The notes: generated by a model from the letters alone, not told the origin. DNA of 56,763 nt from Octopus bimaculoides (GCF_001194135.2 NC_068992.1:60512349-60569111); one strand, 5' to 3'; shown: positions 12,536 to 25,404, numbered from the stretch's first letter. Numbers and translations are program-made.

Positions 12536-12537
<2 letters not shown>
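12006..12537. mobile_element. ~540 bp non-coding interspersed element in (ATT)n, copy 1
   Basis: Colinear with 34274-34828 throughout (gagagagcag..catcaaagtg.. to ..catcagagcat); (ATT)n on both flanks; no ORF. Confidence 0.9.
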
Positions 12538-12611
<74 letters not shown>

Positions 12612-13179
12612 GTTGTTGTTGTTGTTGTTGATGTTATTGTTGTTGTTGTAGTTGTAGTTGTTACAACAACATCAATATAACTGAGAACGTAAATAGGTTT
12701 ACTGTTTCAATATTGTGGTTATCTTAATGATAGCTATTCGATTACACTTCAACTTGACCTTTATTGTAGCTTCTACACCAGCTGTGTCAAGTATGTGGAT
12801 GTATGTATGTGATACGTGGACGTGTGCGCTTGTATGCGTGGGCACGTGAGTGTGTACAAGTATCCATAGATATATGCGTGTCCCTGTGCTTGTATATATA
12901 TATATATATATATATAAGTGTGCGTGTTAACGTGTTTAATGTGCCTGCTTGTGTTTGAGTTTATTTGAAGTGGAAAATCTGAGATTTCTGATGACTTGAT
13001 GCTGAAATATCAGTTAGTATTGGTATGAAGTAGTTATTGGCTTTGTAGATTGTAGTATTGTCTGTAGATTAGTTTGAAAATAAAGCATCGACTGTGCTGT
13101 ATTGAAACTATATTTTATTCCTTTGTGGTCAATATTGAGTCAATGATATAGAGCGTACAAAATGTTCATATATTAGTTT

Positions 13180-13384
13180 AAAATTTTCGTACAAGGCCAG
13201 CAATATTGGGAGTTAAGTCAATTACAGCGACCCTAGTGTTCCACCGCTACTTATTTTAATCAGCCCCGAAAGGATGAAAGTCAAAATCTACCTCAATGCA
13301 ATTTGAACTTAGAACGTAAAGACGGACGAAATACCGTTAAGTATTTTTCCCGGTGTGCTAACCCTTCTGCCAAGTCACTGCCTT
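13180..13384 (-). mobile_element. SINE family A
   Basis: Reverse complement of the family A consensus (gaaaggatgaaag..atttgaacttagaacgtaaagacggacgaaataccg). Confidence 0.88.
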
Positions 13385-13627
13385 ACAAATGCTCATACAT
13401 TGATTTAAAAACAATATATAATGCTTACTGGGGTCAACATTAACTCAAATATATATAATGTGTCAACTGCTCCTATGTTGATTTTAACTGCATATGGCCT
13501 TGTATAACATATAACGTGTCAATACTTCGTGTATTCATTTAAACTCTAATATATTCCTCTGGGGCCAACATTGATCCAGTAGAATATACATATATTCCAG
13601 TAGAATATACAAAGTAGAATATACATA

Positions 13628-13849
13628 AGGTGGCGAGCTGGCAGAATCGTTAGCACGCCGGGTGAAGTGCTTAGCAGTATTTCGTCTGCCGCTACGTTCT
13701 GCGTTCAAATTCCGCCGAGGTCGACTTTGCCTTTCATCCTTTCAGGGTCGATTAAATAAGTACCAGTTACGCACTGGGGTCGATATAATCGACTTAATCC
13801 GTTTGTTTGTCCCCTCTGTGTGTAGCCCGCTGTGGGCAGTAAAGAAATA
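13628..13849 (+). mobile_element. SINE family A, alternative-tail subfamily, with 12 bp TSD
   Basis: Intact B box gttcaaattcc; TSD agaatatacata at 13616-13627 and 13850-13861; tail ttaatccgtttgtttgtcccctctgtgtgtagcccgctgtgggcagtaaagaaata differs from other copies. Confidence 0.93.
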
Positions 13850-16800
13850 AGAATATACATAGTGTATCAACTGTTTATGTTAATTTAAGCTCCAGCTCTT
13901 CCCCCTTGTTTTAATATTGACCCAGTAAAATACAGCGTATCACCTGTTGTAACACCAGCTTCAAGGCCATATTATTTCTCTGTAGATAACATTGTTTAAT
14001 GCAATGTAGCGTATCAACTGTTTATTTATTAATCAAAACTCAGTATTGTTCATTCTATGGTAATCATCCAACAGCATCCAACACATTTCCACTTTCGCTA
14101 TAATCACGAGCCAGGGGAAAACTGTCTGGCCAAATAAAGGCGGAAAATGAAAAGAGTTAATGAAAATAATAGTAATGTCTTCATTTGCAACAAGGGGCAT
14201 GGATACAAAGATTTAAATGTAATCAAATATGAAAAGAAGTAAAGGTAAAAATATGTATATAAGAAAATGAATTGAAGCGTTTTGATTGAGGACTGTTCCA
14301 AGCAGACAAGGTACGTATGCCTGCAGAGACATACCTAAAACTAGGGCTATTCACTAAAGACATAATCACCACTCATCTACTTTTTAGAGAATGTTTTCTA
14401 AGGGGTAACATTTCCCTTCATGCACGTGCTTGATGAAGCCTGAGTGTTTAGTCGAAGAGGACATTACCCTCAACCTCTCCAATCTTATCCATATTGAAAA
14501 AAAAGAGTAAAAATGCCTGTACATTACAGGCAAAAGAAGGTAGATCTTCATGATGTGTCTAAATGTTAACCGAATACAGTTCATACATATTAAAAGCTGT
14601 TCGACAGAATTACACATAAGAATGCTCGAATACGGCAAATATCAAAATGGCTTGGTTAACTGTAATTTTGTGCATGAAAACTTACATCCAAATGATAGTT
14701 TATCTCCGTCGTAGTTACCAAACCAAAGATACCTTGATTTAGTTCATGCTCTTTGGGCTGGAAGTATTTTGAAAAATACTGCTTTGTTGATTTTCATGAA
14801 GTACTTGTGTCACTTGAGAATGCTTTACTTTCTCCTTCCTTAAACCTGTACAGAGGATTTTCTAAATTAGAGGCTATTGAGTTTTAACAAGTTCGATCGC
14901 TGAGAGGAAAGTAAAAATTAACCGATATTTCGAGTTAGAAGCTCTTCAATGTGTAGTTGTATTCAAGTAATAAGCGACTGCAGTGAACAACTAGGTTATT
15001 CGTTAAGAACTCATTTAGCTTTACGATGATTAATACAATCAATATGTAAATACAAGTCTAACTATGACATTACAGTAGATTGTAAATGTAACAAAGCCAA
15101 ACTGTTATGATGTACTTCAAGCTATAAACTAAAACACAGCAACAGAAAAGAATTAGTAGGCAGCAAAATAATGCTGTGTAGTCATCACCAAATTTGGGGA
15201 AGCTCGTAAAAAGAACCAACAACATAAAGTTTTTACTTGCACAAGGAATGGATTGAGAAACTATTGTCCTCAATTAGATATGGGACATCACAAAGTAATA
15301 TATATCTCAGAGTTGTTAGCAACTAAAACCAGAATAAATAAGTATTAGCAGGCAGCAGTCTATGAATGTCTGTGCTGGGAATGGATGTAAGAACTTTAAG
15401 TTTCAGCAAATAGCGTGCATGGTAACAAGTAGCATGAGAGGTGGTTAGTAAGGTTTAATATTTTTGTTTTTGTATGTAGTAGAAATCAGGGAGATACTGT
15501 TTTATTGAATAACTCGGGCAATATAATTTATGATTAATTAAAATGTGCCTTTTAGTCGGAGAAAGAAAACGAAGTCCTTGTGGTATTTGTCACAAAGTCT
15601 CAAAGAAAATGGCCAAAAAGAAATTGGATTAATTGAGAATTAATTTCACAGCATTTAATTTTCTTGCTTAGGAAAAATTTCATTTTTGTTATCAGTCAAA
15701 ATGACAGTTATTCTGTGTATAATATTCTGGTCAATACTAAATATCATAAATATTCCGTTACAAATGGTAGATTAAAGTTGTCTGATGGGAAATTATATTC
15801 TAAATCTCTTGGCATTTATTGGCTAAGCAGAATAATTGCATTTTCTACGTGACTGAAAAATTGAGAAACTTTCTGTCCGCCATTCACTATGCATCATTCT
15901 GAAGTCGTCTTAATATCGATATTTAAGATAAGAAGTAAACAACAACAGCCGTAATAATCCGGTTACAATAAACACGAGAACACAACGAGAGCATCAGTTT
16001 AACAACAAAAACAGCAACAGCGCAAATAGTGACATTTCTAACTTCGACATAGTGACACAGATTTGTGGAGAAATCGATTTAACATTCTGTATATCTGATA
16101 GATAAATTATCGACCCTAGAGAGAGGGCGCAAAGAGTTGTTTAAATGTATTCTTCGTAACTCAAGGCTACATTTAAACATATAGTGAACACATCGACAAT
16201 ATAATACATAGAGAGCATAAAACAAATTTTACTGTTCTTTATGCATCATATCCTGTACAGATGTTGGGGAAGGCTGTAAAATTTCGTTATAATATGTTTA
16301 TATATCTATATATTGCTTCTTTTTTTTATTCTAACCTCCGCTGCCATTGTTATAGCCAAAGGTTGCTATCTATATTCTTCGTTTTGTTATTCCTTAATGG
16401 TTTACGCCTGAAGAATTATTTCTATATGCATCTATAAGCAATCATCTACCAAAGAAAATGTCGAAATTAAGCGGAAAATAATGAAAATTAACGCCTCTGA
16501 AAACGATCTTTGATTTTCCGTTTCCGTTTTGTCAAAAAAATAGGGTCTATTCCGCAGTATTTATTTCATAGGAAGTCTGTATGTTGTACAGAAAGAAATA
16601 TACATCTATACATATCAGTAAAAAAAAGCCTGGTATACACAAATGAGGCTCTAATAAGTTAAAATATCTCTCTACATATCACTCTACAGTCACTGCGGTA
16701 TTTGCCCCGAGATAAAATCTCTTAAGGACGTGTTGTGTTAAAAATACAATAAAAGCCTGGGGAACGAATTTATTATGTCTCTCTGACACTTATTATGTCT

Positions 16801-16929
16801 TAGTACAGCACGTCCATTAGATATGTCATGTCAGGACAAATATTGCAGTAACTGGCCTGTCAACTGTGTATGTATATATATTAAGTATGATATATAGATG
16901 AATATATCAGTAAAAACGCTTGAAGCATT

Positions 16930-17052
16930 ATTTCCGGTCAACTTTGTCCCTCGCGATCGATAAAATAGGTACTAGTTGTGCACTCAGATCGATGTAATCG
17001 AGTTCCCTCTTCTCTCAAAATTGCAGGCCTTGTTCCAGAATTAGAAAGGAAT
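16930..17052 (+). mobile_element. SINE family A, 3' fragment
   Basis: gtcaactttg..gatcgatgtaatcga..aaaattgcaggccttgttccagaattagaaagg. Confidence 0.7.
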
Positions 17053-17324
17053 ATCAAAATGAGACTTTTTAAAATTATAAGTATGTTGAAAATGATCTTA
17101 CTGTTATTTCAAGAAAGTTTCTTGACTGCATAAAGCTTCCAGTAACTAGTGAAGGCTGTGGAACCAATATTAGCATAGCACACAACCGGTCATTTCTTTC
17201 TCGAATATGGCTTGGTAACATGTCCTATGCCTTATCTAATTCGTTTTCTGCCTATGTAGTCATGATCAGATAAAGATACCCATAATATAGCCTAGAGGAA
17301 CAGACAGAATGTGAAAGCTAGAGG

Positions 17325-17487
17325 GAAACAGGGCTGCGCCGGCAACCCGGTGGTAGTCATTTGAAGTGAGGAGAGCGCAGCCACTTAAAATTAAGTACCT
17401 TGCTTAAAGATAGAACATGCCAGCCGGTCCAGGAATTGAACTGACGACTTTATGATCACGTGAGAAAAACTATCACCACTAGACCAT
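17325..17487 (-). mobile_element. Degenerate tRNA-derived SINE (family C-like)
   Basis: Minus head atggtctagtggtgatag..gtcagttcaattcctggaccgg, similar to 5787-6038. Confidence 0.6.
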
Positions 17488-17635
17488 TTCCCTACACATT
17501 TTAGCTTTATCTTCTTTTTTTTTTCAAAATCATCTCATATAACACTTATGAGTTCATCAAGGGACTTTTTCGCTTCGAACATAATTCCTTCTGTTAGGTT
17601 TTCATTAAGTCATGTGACAAAAATGGTCGTATATT

Positions 17636-17829
17636 CTAAGTACAAAGCCCGAAATTTTTGGGGTAGGTGATCAGTTGATTAGATCAACACCAGTAAGCAA
17701 CTGGTACTTAATAGGATGAAGGCAAAATCGACCTAGGCGGAATTTGAACACAGAACGTAAACACAGACGAAATGCCGCTAAGCATTTCGCCCGGCGTGCT
17801 CACGTTTCTGCCAGCTCGCCACCTTAAAG
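17636..17829 (-). mobile_element. SINE family A with 12 bp TSD
   Basis: Well-preserved copy; direct repeat tggtcgtatatt at 17624-17635 and 17830-17841. Confidence 0.92.
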
Positions 17830-17860
17830 TGGTCGTATATTATTATTATTAATTGAAATT

Positions 17861-18070
17861 AAGGCAGTGAGCTGGTAGAATCGTTAATATCCTTAGCGAT
17901 ATTTTGCCCGTTTCTGCGGTTTGAGTTCAAACTCTACTGAGGTCGACTTTGCATTTCCTCCTTTCGGGGTTGATAAAATAAGTATCAATAAAGTACTGGA
18001 GTTGATATAATCAGCTTCGCCCTCTCCTCAAAAACCCCCTGGCCCTGCGCCAAAAATTCGAAACTATTAT
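17861..18070 (+). mobile_element. SINE family A
   Basis: aaggcagtgagctggtagaatcgttaa..gagttcaaactc..gtcgactttgc; head-to-head with the previous copy. Confidence 0.88.
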
Positions 18071-18739
18071 CATTCAAATTAAACATTAAATGGTTAAAAT
18101 TGCAATTAGCCATAATTAATAGAATAAATAGAAATATTGGATTGTAGCATTGACATAATGCAATCAATGTTTAGGGTGGGGTAAGGTGGGATGGTGGTAT
18201 TTTGGAGTTGAGGTATAATCGATGAAATCGAACTAGAATTTCTCTCGTTCTGTATTTCAACAACGACGGAAGGATAGAAATGATACTTTAAATGCTTCTT
18301 AACAATTTCTATTGTCTTCCTGTAAATTTCATGCCTTTCAGAGTCGAATTTTTCTTTCTTTTTTTAATTGTTTTGTGAGGAGAATATTGATGAACTTGCT
18401 GAAGACAATATAATTTATATTGTGCAGTAGGCAAGTGTAGGGAGGATATAGCATGGGTGAGAAGGAAGGGGCTCTAGATAGATGTCATTTAGAGGGAGAA
18501 GGATTAGTGGGAACAGTGATTTGCGACGTGGGGAGAAATGAGCGAGAAAGATGTGCTTAAGTAGAGGCTGGAGTTTAATAGTTAACTCTGAGGAGGATAG
18601 AGAGTATTGTAGTAAAGACAGAAAAAAGCTTCGGAGAAGATGGCTCATCTTTAAGTAGAGGCTGAAACATTTTGGTCAATAGCTGCATGCAAATCAGTCG
18701 GGTGTCTTTTGCTTTCTGGTTGTAGTTTACGAAATTCTT

Positions 18740-19332
18740 ATTTGGCTCCGTATCGTCGACCCAACTTCTAGACAGGTACTTATTTTATTGATACCGAAAG
18801 GCTGAAAGGCAAAAGTGACTTCCGTGTATCTTCATCTCAGAATGCAAAGAGCCGGAACGAATGCCAAAAATTATTTTCTGACACTCTGCTGATTCTATAA
18901 TAACAATAATTATAAGTAAAATCCAGAGGCAGCGAGCTAACAGAATCATTAGCATGCCCAGTTAAAATGCTTAGCCCTATTTAGTCCGCCTTTACGTCCT
19001 GAGCTCACAACCAGCCGATGTAGACTTTGCCTTTCATCACCGGGGTCGATATAATCGACTCAACTCCGCCCCGGAATTGCTATCCTTCTGCCAAAATTTG
19101 AGATCAATTTGAGATGAATTTGTTATCAATATTAAATGAACCCTGAGGCGACGAGCTAGCAGAACTATTAGCACGCCCAGTAAAATGCTTATCGTCATTT
19201 CGACTGTCTTTACGTTCCGAATTCACATGCAGCCGAGGTCGAATTCTTCCATCCTTTTGACGTCGATAAAGTAATCGATTTACCCCCTCCTCCGAAATTA
19301 CTGATCTTGTGCCAAAGTTTGAAACCGATATT
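18740..19332. mobile_element. Cluster of three SINE family A copies (18740-18897 minus; 18927-19110 plus; 19145-19332 plus)
   Basis: Each shows the head/body motifs gagct.gcagaa and gactttgcctttcatc; the older copies are decayed. Confidence 0.8.
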
Positions 19333-19439
19333 AAGCAGAATCCCCTTTATGTCTATGGAAAGAAAATATTTTTAATTGCTCTAATCATTAATGTTTACAG
19401 TTCATATCTCAGTGTGGTGCATTTAGCCGTGACGAACGA

Positions 19440-19625
19440 GCGAATAAAATTGATAAACGTATGCTAAGCTTTCACTTGAAAAGTCATTGCAGTCACGTGT
19501 AGACATTGGCTCTCTCCCCCCCTCGCCTCCTCTCTCTCTCGCCCGCCCCTCTCTCTCTACCCTTGTACGCTTGACCTAGGAAGTTATGTCCTTGAACCGA
19601 ATACTCTATTCACTAGGTCAAGCAG
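19440..19625. promoter_or_regulatory. Possible promoter-like motif cluster
   Basis: CACGTG 19494-19499, ATTGG (reverse CCAAT) 19505-19509, GCCCGCCCC 19541-19549, in a locally CpG-richer segment. Motif inspection only. Confidence 0.2.
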
Positions 19626-20527
19626 ATTCAACACTCAAATATTGTTGACCAGCAATATTTTTTAAGAATATCTACGGCTGAACTGTGTTCACATCTAATA
19701 ACAATGTATAAAAATACCGGGTGTGGCCTCACGTTTACCCGTTATTCAAGCATAATAATTTTACCCATTATTTAAACATAAATTCAAATTGCTTTGTTCG
19801 CTTCGCAAAAATAGTCGCAAATGTTGTATAAAGCTTCCTAACATCCTTGTTTTATTGTTTACTCTTAATTAAATATGATTACTCAAACAAACCGTGAACA
19901 AATCGTAGCATTGAAAATGGCTGGCAGAAAGAAATGTTGGGAAATAAAATAGCTGAGAAAAGATTGTATGCTATGGTGAAAGAAAAGGTGTGGTGTAAAA
20001 TATTATCAATAAATATAACAATCAACCTATAAGCATTCATTAACCAATACCTAAGGCTTTTTATTTAATGATAAAATGAATAATAGGTAGATAAATATGC
20101 CACACCAGTGGTTAGTTGTACCATTTACATTCGTGATCAGAAATATACCATCGTTGTCCTCGTAGAATTATTACTCCCGAACTATTATATTCGCACAGAA
20201 TTTGTAATGCTCTTCCTTTTCATGCTGAAGGTATCCCTGGGTAATTTTCTACCAGTCATTAGGAAAATAGTAAGTCCTCAGATCAAATGCCAGTGTGGTA
20301 GTTTTAGGATGTTTATTTGTAATTACCTTTATGAAGCTACTGAAAATGAATATATTTTCAATATAAATTCTATAGACCACAATTTCATTATACAAAAACA
20401 TTAAACAGTTTATAAATGCAAATATTCCACTATATACTATCAAAAACAATTATATCCATTCTACATATTTTATATTCAGACTAAAAACATCTCTTTTAGA
20501 AGTATAGTGCTAAAAAGCCCAGAAGTC

Positions 20528-20872
20528 TCAGTAGCTGACAAAAAGTATGCTCAGTATCTGCGGTGGAATTGCTAGATCGGGGATTTCTAGAAGTCGCGCA
20601 TCTCAATCCCGCCAACTATTTCCAACACTGGAGATTTGTTAATCACTGATTTTTCTATATATCAGTAGAGACTAAAGCTATTTGTCTAAGCATGTGGTTG
20701 CTAGAGGATACTTGCTACTTTGTCTAAGCATGTGGTTGCTAGTGGATACTTGCTACTTTGTCTAAGCATGTGGTTGCTAGTGGATACTTGCTACTGATGA
20801 CGCAGAGTAACGCAGAAATCCCACTACTAGCAATTCCAACGCCGCTACCTGATGCTGTTCGTCTGCTACTGA
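20528..20872. mobile_element. MITE-like inverted-repeat element with internal 3 x 38 bp tandem array
   Basis: Imperfect ~75 bp TIRs (tcagtagc..ggaattgctag..gggatttct / agaaatccc..ctagcaattcc..gctactga); tandem unit tttgtctaagcatgtggttgctag(a/t)ggatacttgctac at 20681, 20719, 20757. Confidence 0.7.
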
Positions 20873-22465
20873 TATATTTGTGGGTTTCTTAGCCGTATGT
20901 CTCAATACGAGATGTTTCCCGAAGAAAACCGTAGTGTTGTAGCTTTCTTACAGTATATCCACGTTAAATAGGACACACAGGTTGCTAATATGGATATAGA
21001 TATTTTTTGATAGGAAGATATGATAAATCTTAATCGCAAAGGAATGGAAAGTGCGAGTGACATATCGAAGTCACATATCGAAGTCACATAAGGGACTAAT
21101 CTTAAAATATCAAAATTGATAATTATAAATATCGGGGACATGTTGAAAATCCTCCTAATTTTTTCTTGCTTTAAACATTATTTGTGCGTTGCTAAATACT
21201 ATGAAATTCATGAACCTTGTGGTATGTGAATTTAAAGCAAATTTTGATTTTATGCTCTCGATGTTCTACACGGTTCTCTCCTCATATAGGTCTTTTGGTG
21301 TATTGCGTACGTCAACGAAGAGTCTGATGGAATGTTTACAGAAAATTTTGAAACTAATGTCACATCCATTTCTTAATATTCCGCGTCAAAGAAGTGACAA
21401 TTAACAAAAGTAATCTCCTATATATTATTTTCGAATCTTCTTTCACTGTTAATATTTACTACATAATCTCTAGTGTAGTAAATGACCGGATATAGAACTT
21501 CGCTCAATGAGACAATAATTTTCGTTTCTCAACGAACGTAAGTATAATCACTTTCAGTTACCTTCTGAAGTTAGTGAAGCAAATGATTTAAATTTGCTAT
21601 ATTTTCTCATTATGTCCAGTCAATAAACATATGGCTCGAAACATTTCTAGTAAATATTATGGCAGTAAGTCTCTGACCTGAGAGAATAAAGAAAATGCTG
21701 AAGCATAACCAATTATACAATATTTAAGAGAAGACAGTTCTGAAATTTACCATTTCTCCATTTCATTTCTAACTTGTAATCATCTTATGTGTAAATAGTT
21801 TACAGACCAATTTGCTGTAGACGATAAAACAAAGTTGCGTGCGCGCAACTCAATTTGACCACAAATAAACTTTAGTAGGTCGTAATAAGCAGTTCAATTA
21901 TTCTCGCTCATTATCTCATTCTGAAAAACAAACTACTTTATCTTGTCTTTTACACATCAGTCATTCAATAAGTAGTATATTTTTCTCATGGAATATTAAA
22001 TGCAAAGTTGTACAAAATAATAAAATAGTAATATTCTCCAATTTTTGCACAAGTCCAGCAATTTCAGGGGACGGTGTTAATCATTGACATCGACCCTTGA
22101 CATCAGCTTAAAAACCGGCTCTGTCTGTTGACAAGAAATCTTGAAATAAAACGGAATAATGACATACATACATACATACATACATACATACACACATGTA
22201 TACCGCATCTGTTTGTGTGTGAATGCGTTTCAAGTTATGGAAGCCTTCAACAATTATCAAGCCAATCATGGAACATTGGTGTTCGTCTCTATTTTCGATT
22301 AAATATTGATCGGAAATGGAGTCAAACACCGATGTTCTCTATGATGTGCTTGATAATTGTCGAGGCTTCCTTAGCATGAAAACAGTAGTAGACTTAATAC
22401 ACAAATAAAGAAACGTTATCCACCAATTCGGTGTTGAGTATTCTTTCTTACTGTTCGATATTTGC

Positions 22466-22545
<80 letters not shown>

Positions 22546-22555
22546 NNNNNNNNNN

Positions 22556-22616
<61 letters not shown>

Positions 22617-23549
22617 TGTGTATGTGTGTGTGCATGTGTGTGTATGTGTGTGTATACGTAAATATATATGTATGGATATACATTTATAAATAGAGATCTA
22701 TATATGCATGTATACACAAAAAACAGATATATGTGTGTATATATCTGTGTTTGAGTGTATATGTATATTTATGAACATATATACGGTGTATATTTAAAGG
22801 ACATAAAATATTAATGTATATTATATTCATTTATGTGCGTCAGTGTCAGTGTATGTATGCGCATGTTTTATGTGCTTCAATACGTTTATTATTCTATTTC
22901 TATCTAACTGGTCTAAATGTTTCTCAATATCTTATACCATCAAACGCATCTACATGAGTGGTTGTAGTTGAAAATAATTTGCTGTTCACTGGTGGGCGAC
23001 TATGCGAATCTATTAATTTTCTACGTTGTTTATTGTTGATACAGTTCAATCGCTGTATTACGGAAGTACTATTATTATACAATGAAAGAAAAATTGATTT
23101 TGTTTGATCTGAGACAAGCAGAATATAAAATATACTTGACAACCATATATAACTCACTTTTAGAACAGTTAATTAAACTCCTTTTGGGGTTACTAATAAA
23201 ATTATGTTTATGATCTGTAAATGTAAGGGGTTCGTAGAAGGCCAGATATTATATTCTATTCTCCACTTCAAGAGAAATGGCGTTAAAATTTGTCATAGAG
23301 CTTTATGGATTTATATGAATTAATAAGAATTATTAATAATTTTTTGTAGGTGTTAGTGATATAGAAAGCAATACCTGATTGTATGTATTTCTGTGCGATA
23401 AATATAGATTTTTAAGCTTTGTACACTGAAGCATGTAATTTATATATTTATACATAAATATGTATACACGCGTAGATATGTGTGTATGTGTGTATAAATA
23501 CACATATACATAAGCATATATATATATATACACATACACACACACATAA

Positions 23550-25090
23550 TTCGTTGCAATGTATAATAGATATCCTCAGCTTCTTTCCTCTTAGCTCTAA
23601 AAGTGCTTTCATGGTTGGCTATCCTAATTTTTATATAACTTTCGGTGGAGCCTATACAATAGCAATCCTTCCCTCAGATATTACTTCACACCTATATCTT
23701 ATACTTTTTTCGCTACAAAAATATCTTAATGCTGTGCCTATTTTTACCGTTTACAACGTTATTTTCATTATGTTTACTTCTTGTGTTATAAGTCTTAACT
23801 ACTGACTTTACTTCTACTTTTCTTTTCTTATCTATCTTAATATTTATATTACTTATTTTATGTTCGTTGTTGCTATCATAAGTGTCACAATATGTATTTA
23901 AACATTTGCATTAGTGTTTTTATTTTCATTCTTGTTATTTTTATTACGTTTATTTTCTCTTCTTCTTGGTAGGACGCAAGTTTATACTTTTCGATCTTAG
24001 TGTGGAGTTATTGAGGGTTACTTCCCTTCTTTATTTGTATTTTCCTCACTTCTATTATTATAGAAATCATTCAATTTTTTTATCATTATGTAATTTGTGC
24101 AATGCTTTTGAAACGCAGAAACTCGACCTGATTTTGTGTGACTTTATTTTGTAATATTTGTATTCCTTTGAAAAATGTAAAATAATTTCACTATATTGGT
24201 TCTAATTTTTTTGAAAATGGTATTATGAACCATACTATATCATTTTTATAGTAATTCTTTTTATAGTAATTTTTCTGGATATTAATTACATTTATTCATG
24301 GGGTGTAATGTTTTACAACATTGTTAGAAATATTACCGTTTGGTTCTCAATTTTTATCATTTTGTTATTTCCTATGTTATTTAGGTTTTTATTTAAGTAG
24401 TCACGAGTTGCATTATCATAGTGTTTAGCTTTTGGCCTTCCTTCTATTCTATTACCTTTAAATGTTATTAGAAGCTCGCTGTTTCTATCCTTGTTATGTG
24501 TGTTTGGAATATTTATACCTTGTTTTTTTGGTATTTATTCTTATATTATTCTTATCTATTTTATATCGAATTTCCATTTGTAATCATTTTATCCTTATAC
24601 TTATTTCCTTCTATTTTAATCTCGTTATTGTGAATTCCGCTTTGTGTATAGTTCGTATTATTAGAGTTATCCTTTGGTCCATCTTGTTTTAATTTTTCCT
24701 TATATCCTGCCTTACTTAGTGCTAAGTTATAATAGTCTACATTCTGTTTTAAAATTTCTTCATTTATAAAAAGATTTGAATCTCTTTTTGATATACTTTC
24801 AACTAATCTATGTGTAATGCTTCTTGGGTGGTTACTATTTACGTTAACGTATCTTAGGTTGGTATTCGACTTATTGTATAAGGTTTATATATCCCTGTTT
24901 CTAGATTAAGGTTTTAGTTTCTTCAAGTGTTCATTTTCTCCTTGAGGATATATTCTGAATTCTATATTTTTAACTATGGTCCATAAATCCTCTTCGAAAG
25001 CTGTTAAGCGATCATTTGGTGGCAAGTATTTCCTAGTCCTGAATTTTTTCTGTAATAATGCTGCCTCCTACTTACTGGTATCCTCTGGTG
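23550..25090 (-). mobile_element. Decayed Penelope-like element (RT thumb plus GIY-YIG endonuclease remnants)
   Basis: Frameshifted peptides FRTRKYLPPNDRLTAFEEDLWTIVKNIEFR; LNLETGIYKPY..YVNVNSNHPRSI..ESISKR..LALSKAGY; DIVWFIIPFSKKIRTNI; CIGSTESYIKIRIANHESTF, in the order expected for a PLE ORF, with an internal deletion of the RT core. Confidence 0.8.
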
Positions 25091-25234
25091 ATTCCCTTTT
25101 CTTATCATAGTAGTAGGCTCCCAAACTCACAACTCAAAACTTTGAGCCTTGAGAAAGCGTTTATTGTCCTATACATGTCACATATATAAACAAGCCACAC
25201 ACAATCATACACACAATATATACTCAATATATAC

Positions 25235-25302
<68 letters not shown>

Positions 25303-25356
25303 NNNNNNNNNNNNNNNNNNNNNNNNNNNNNNNNNNNNNNNNNNNNNNNNNNNNNN

Positions 25357-25404
<48 letters not shown>

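Noticed and set aside
13430-14030. Recurrent motifs ctgggg(t/c)caacatt and gt(g/a)tcaactg
   Set aside because: Consistent with an old degenerate minisatellite interrupted by a SINE; no regular period or further structure.
14384-14860. Minus-strand text faintly resembling piggyBac transposase motifs
   Set aside because: Stops in all frames and no intact diagnostic motif, TIR or TTAA TSD.
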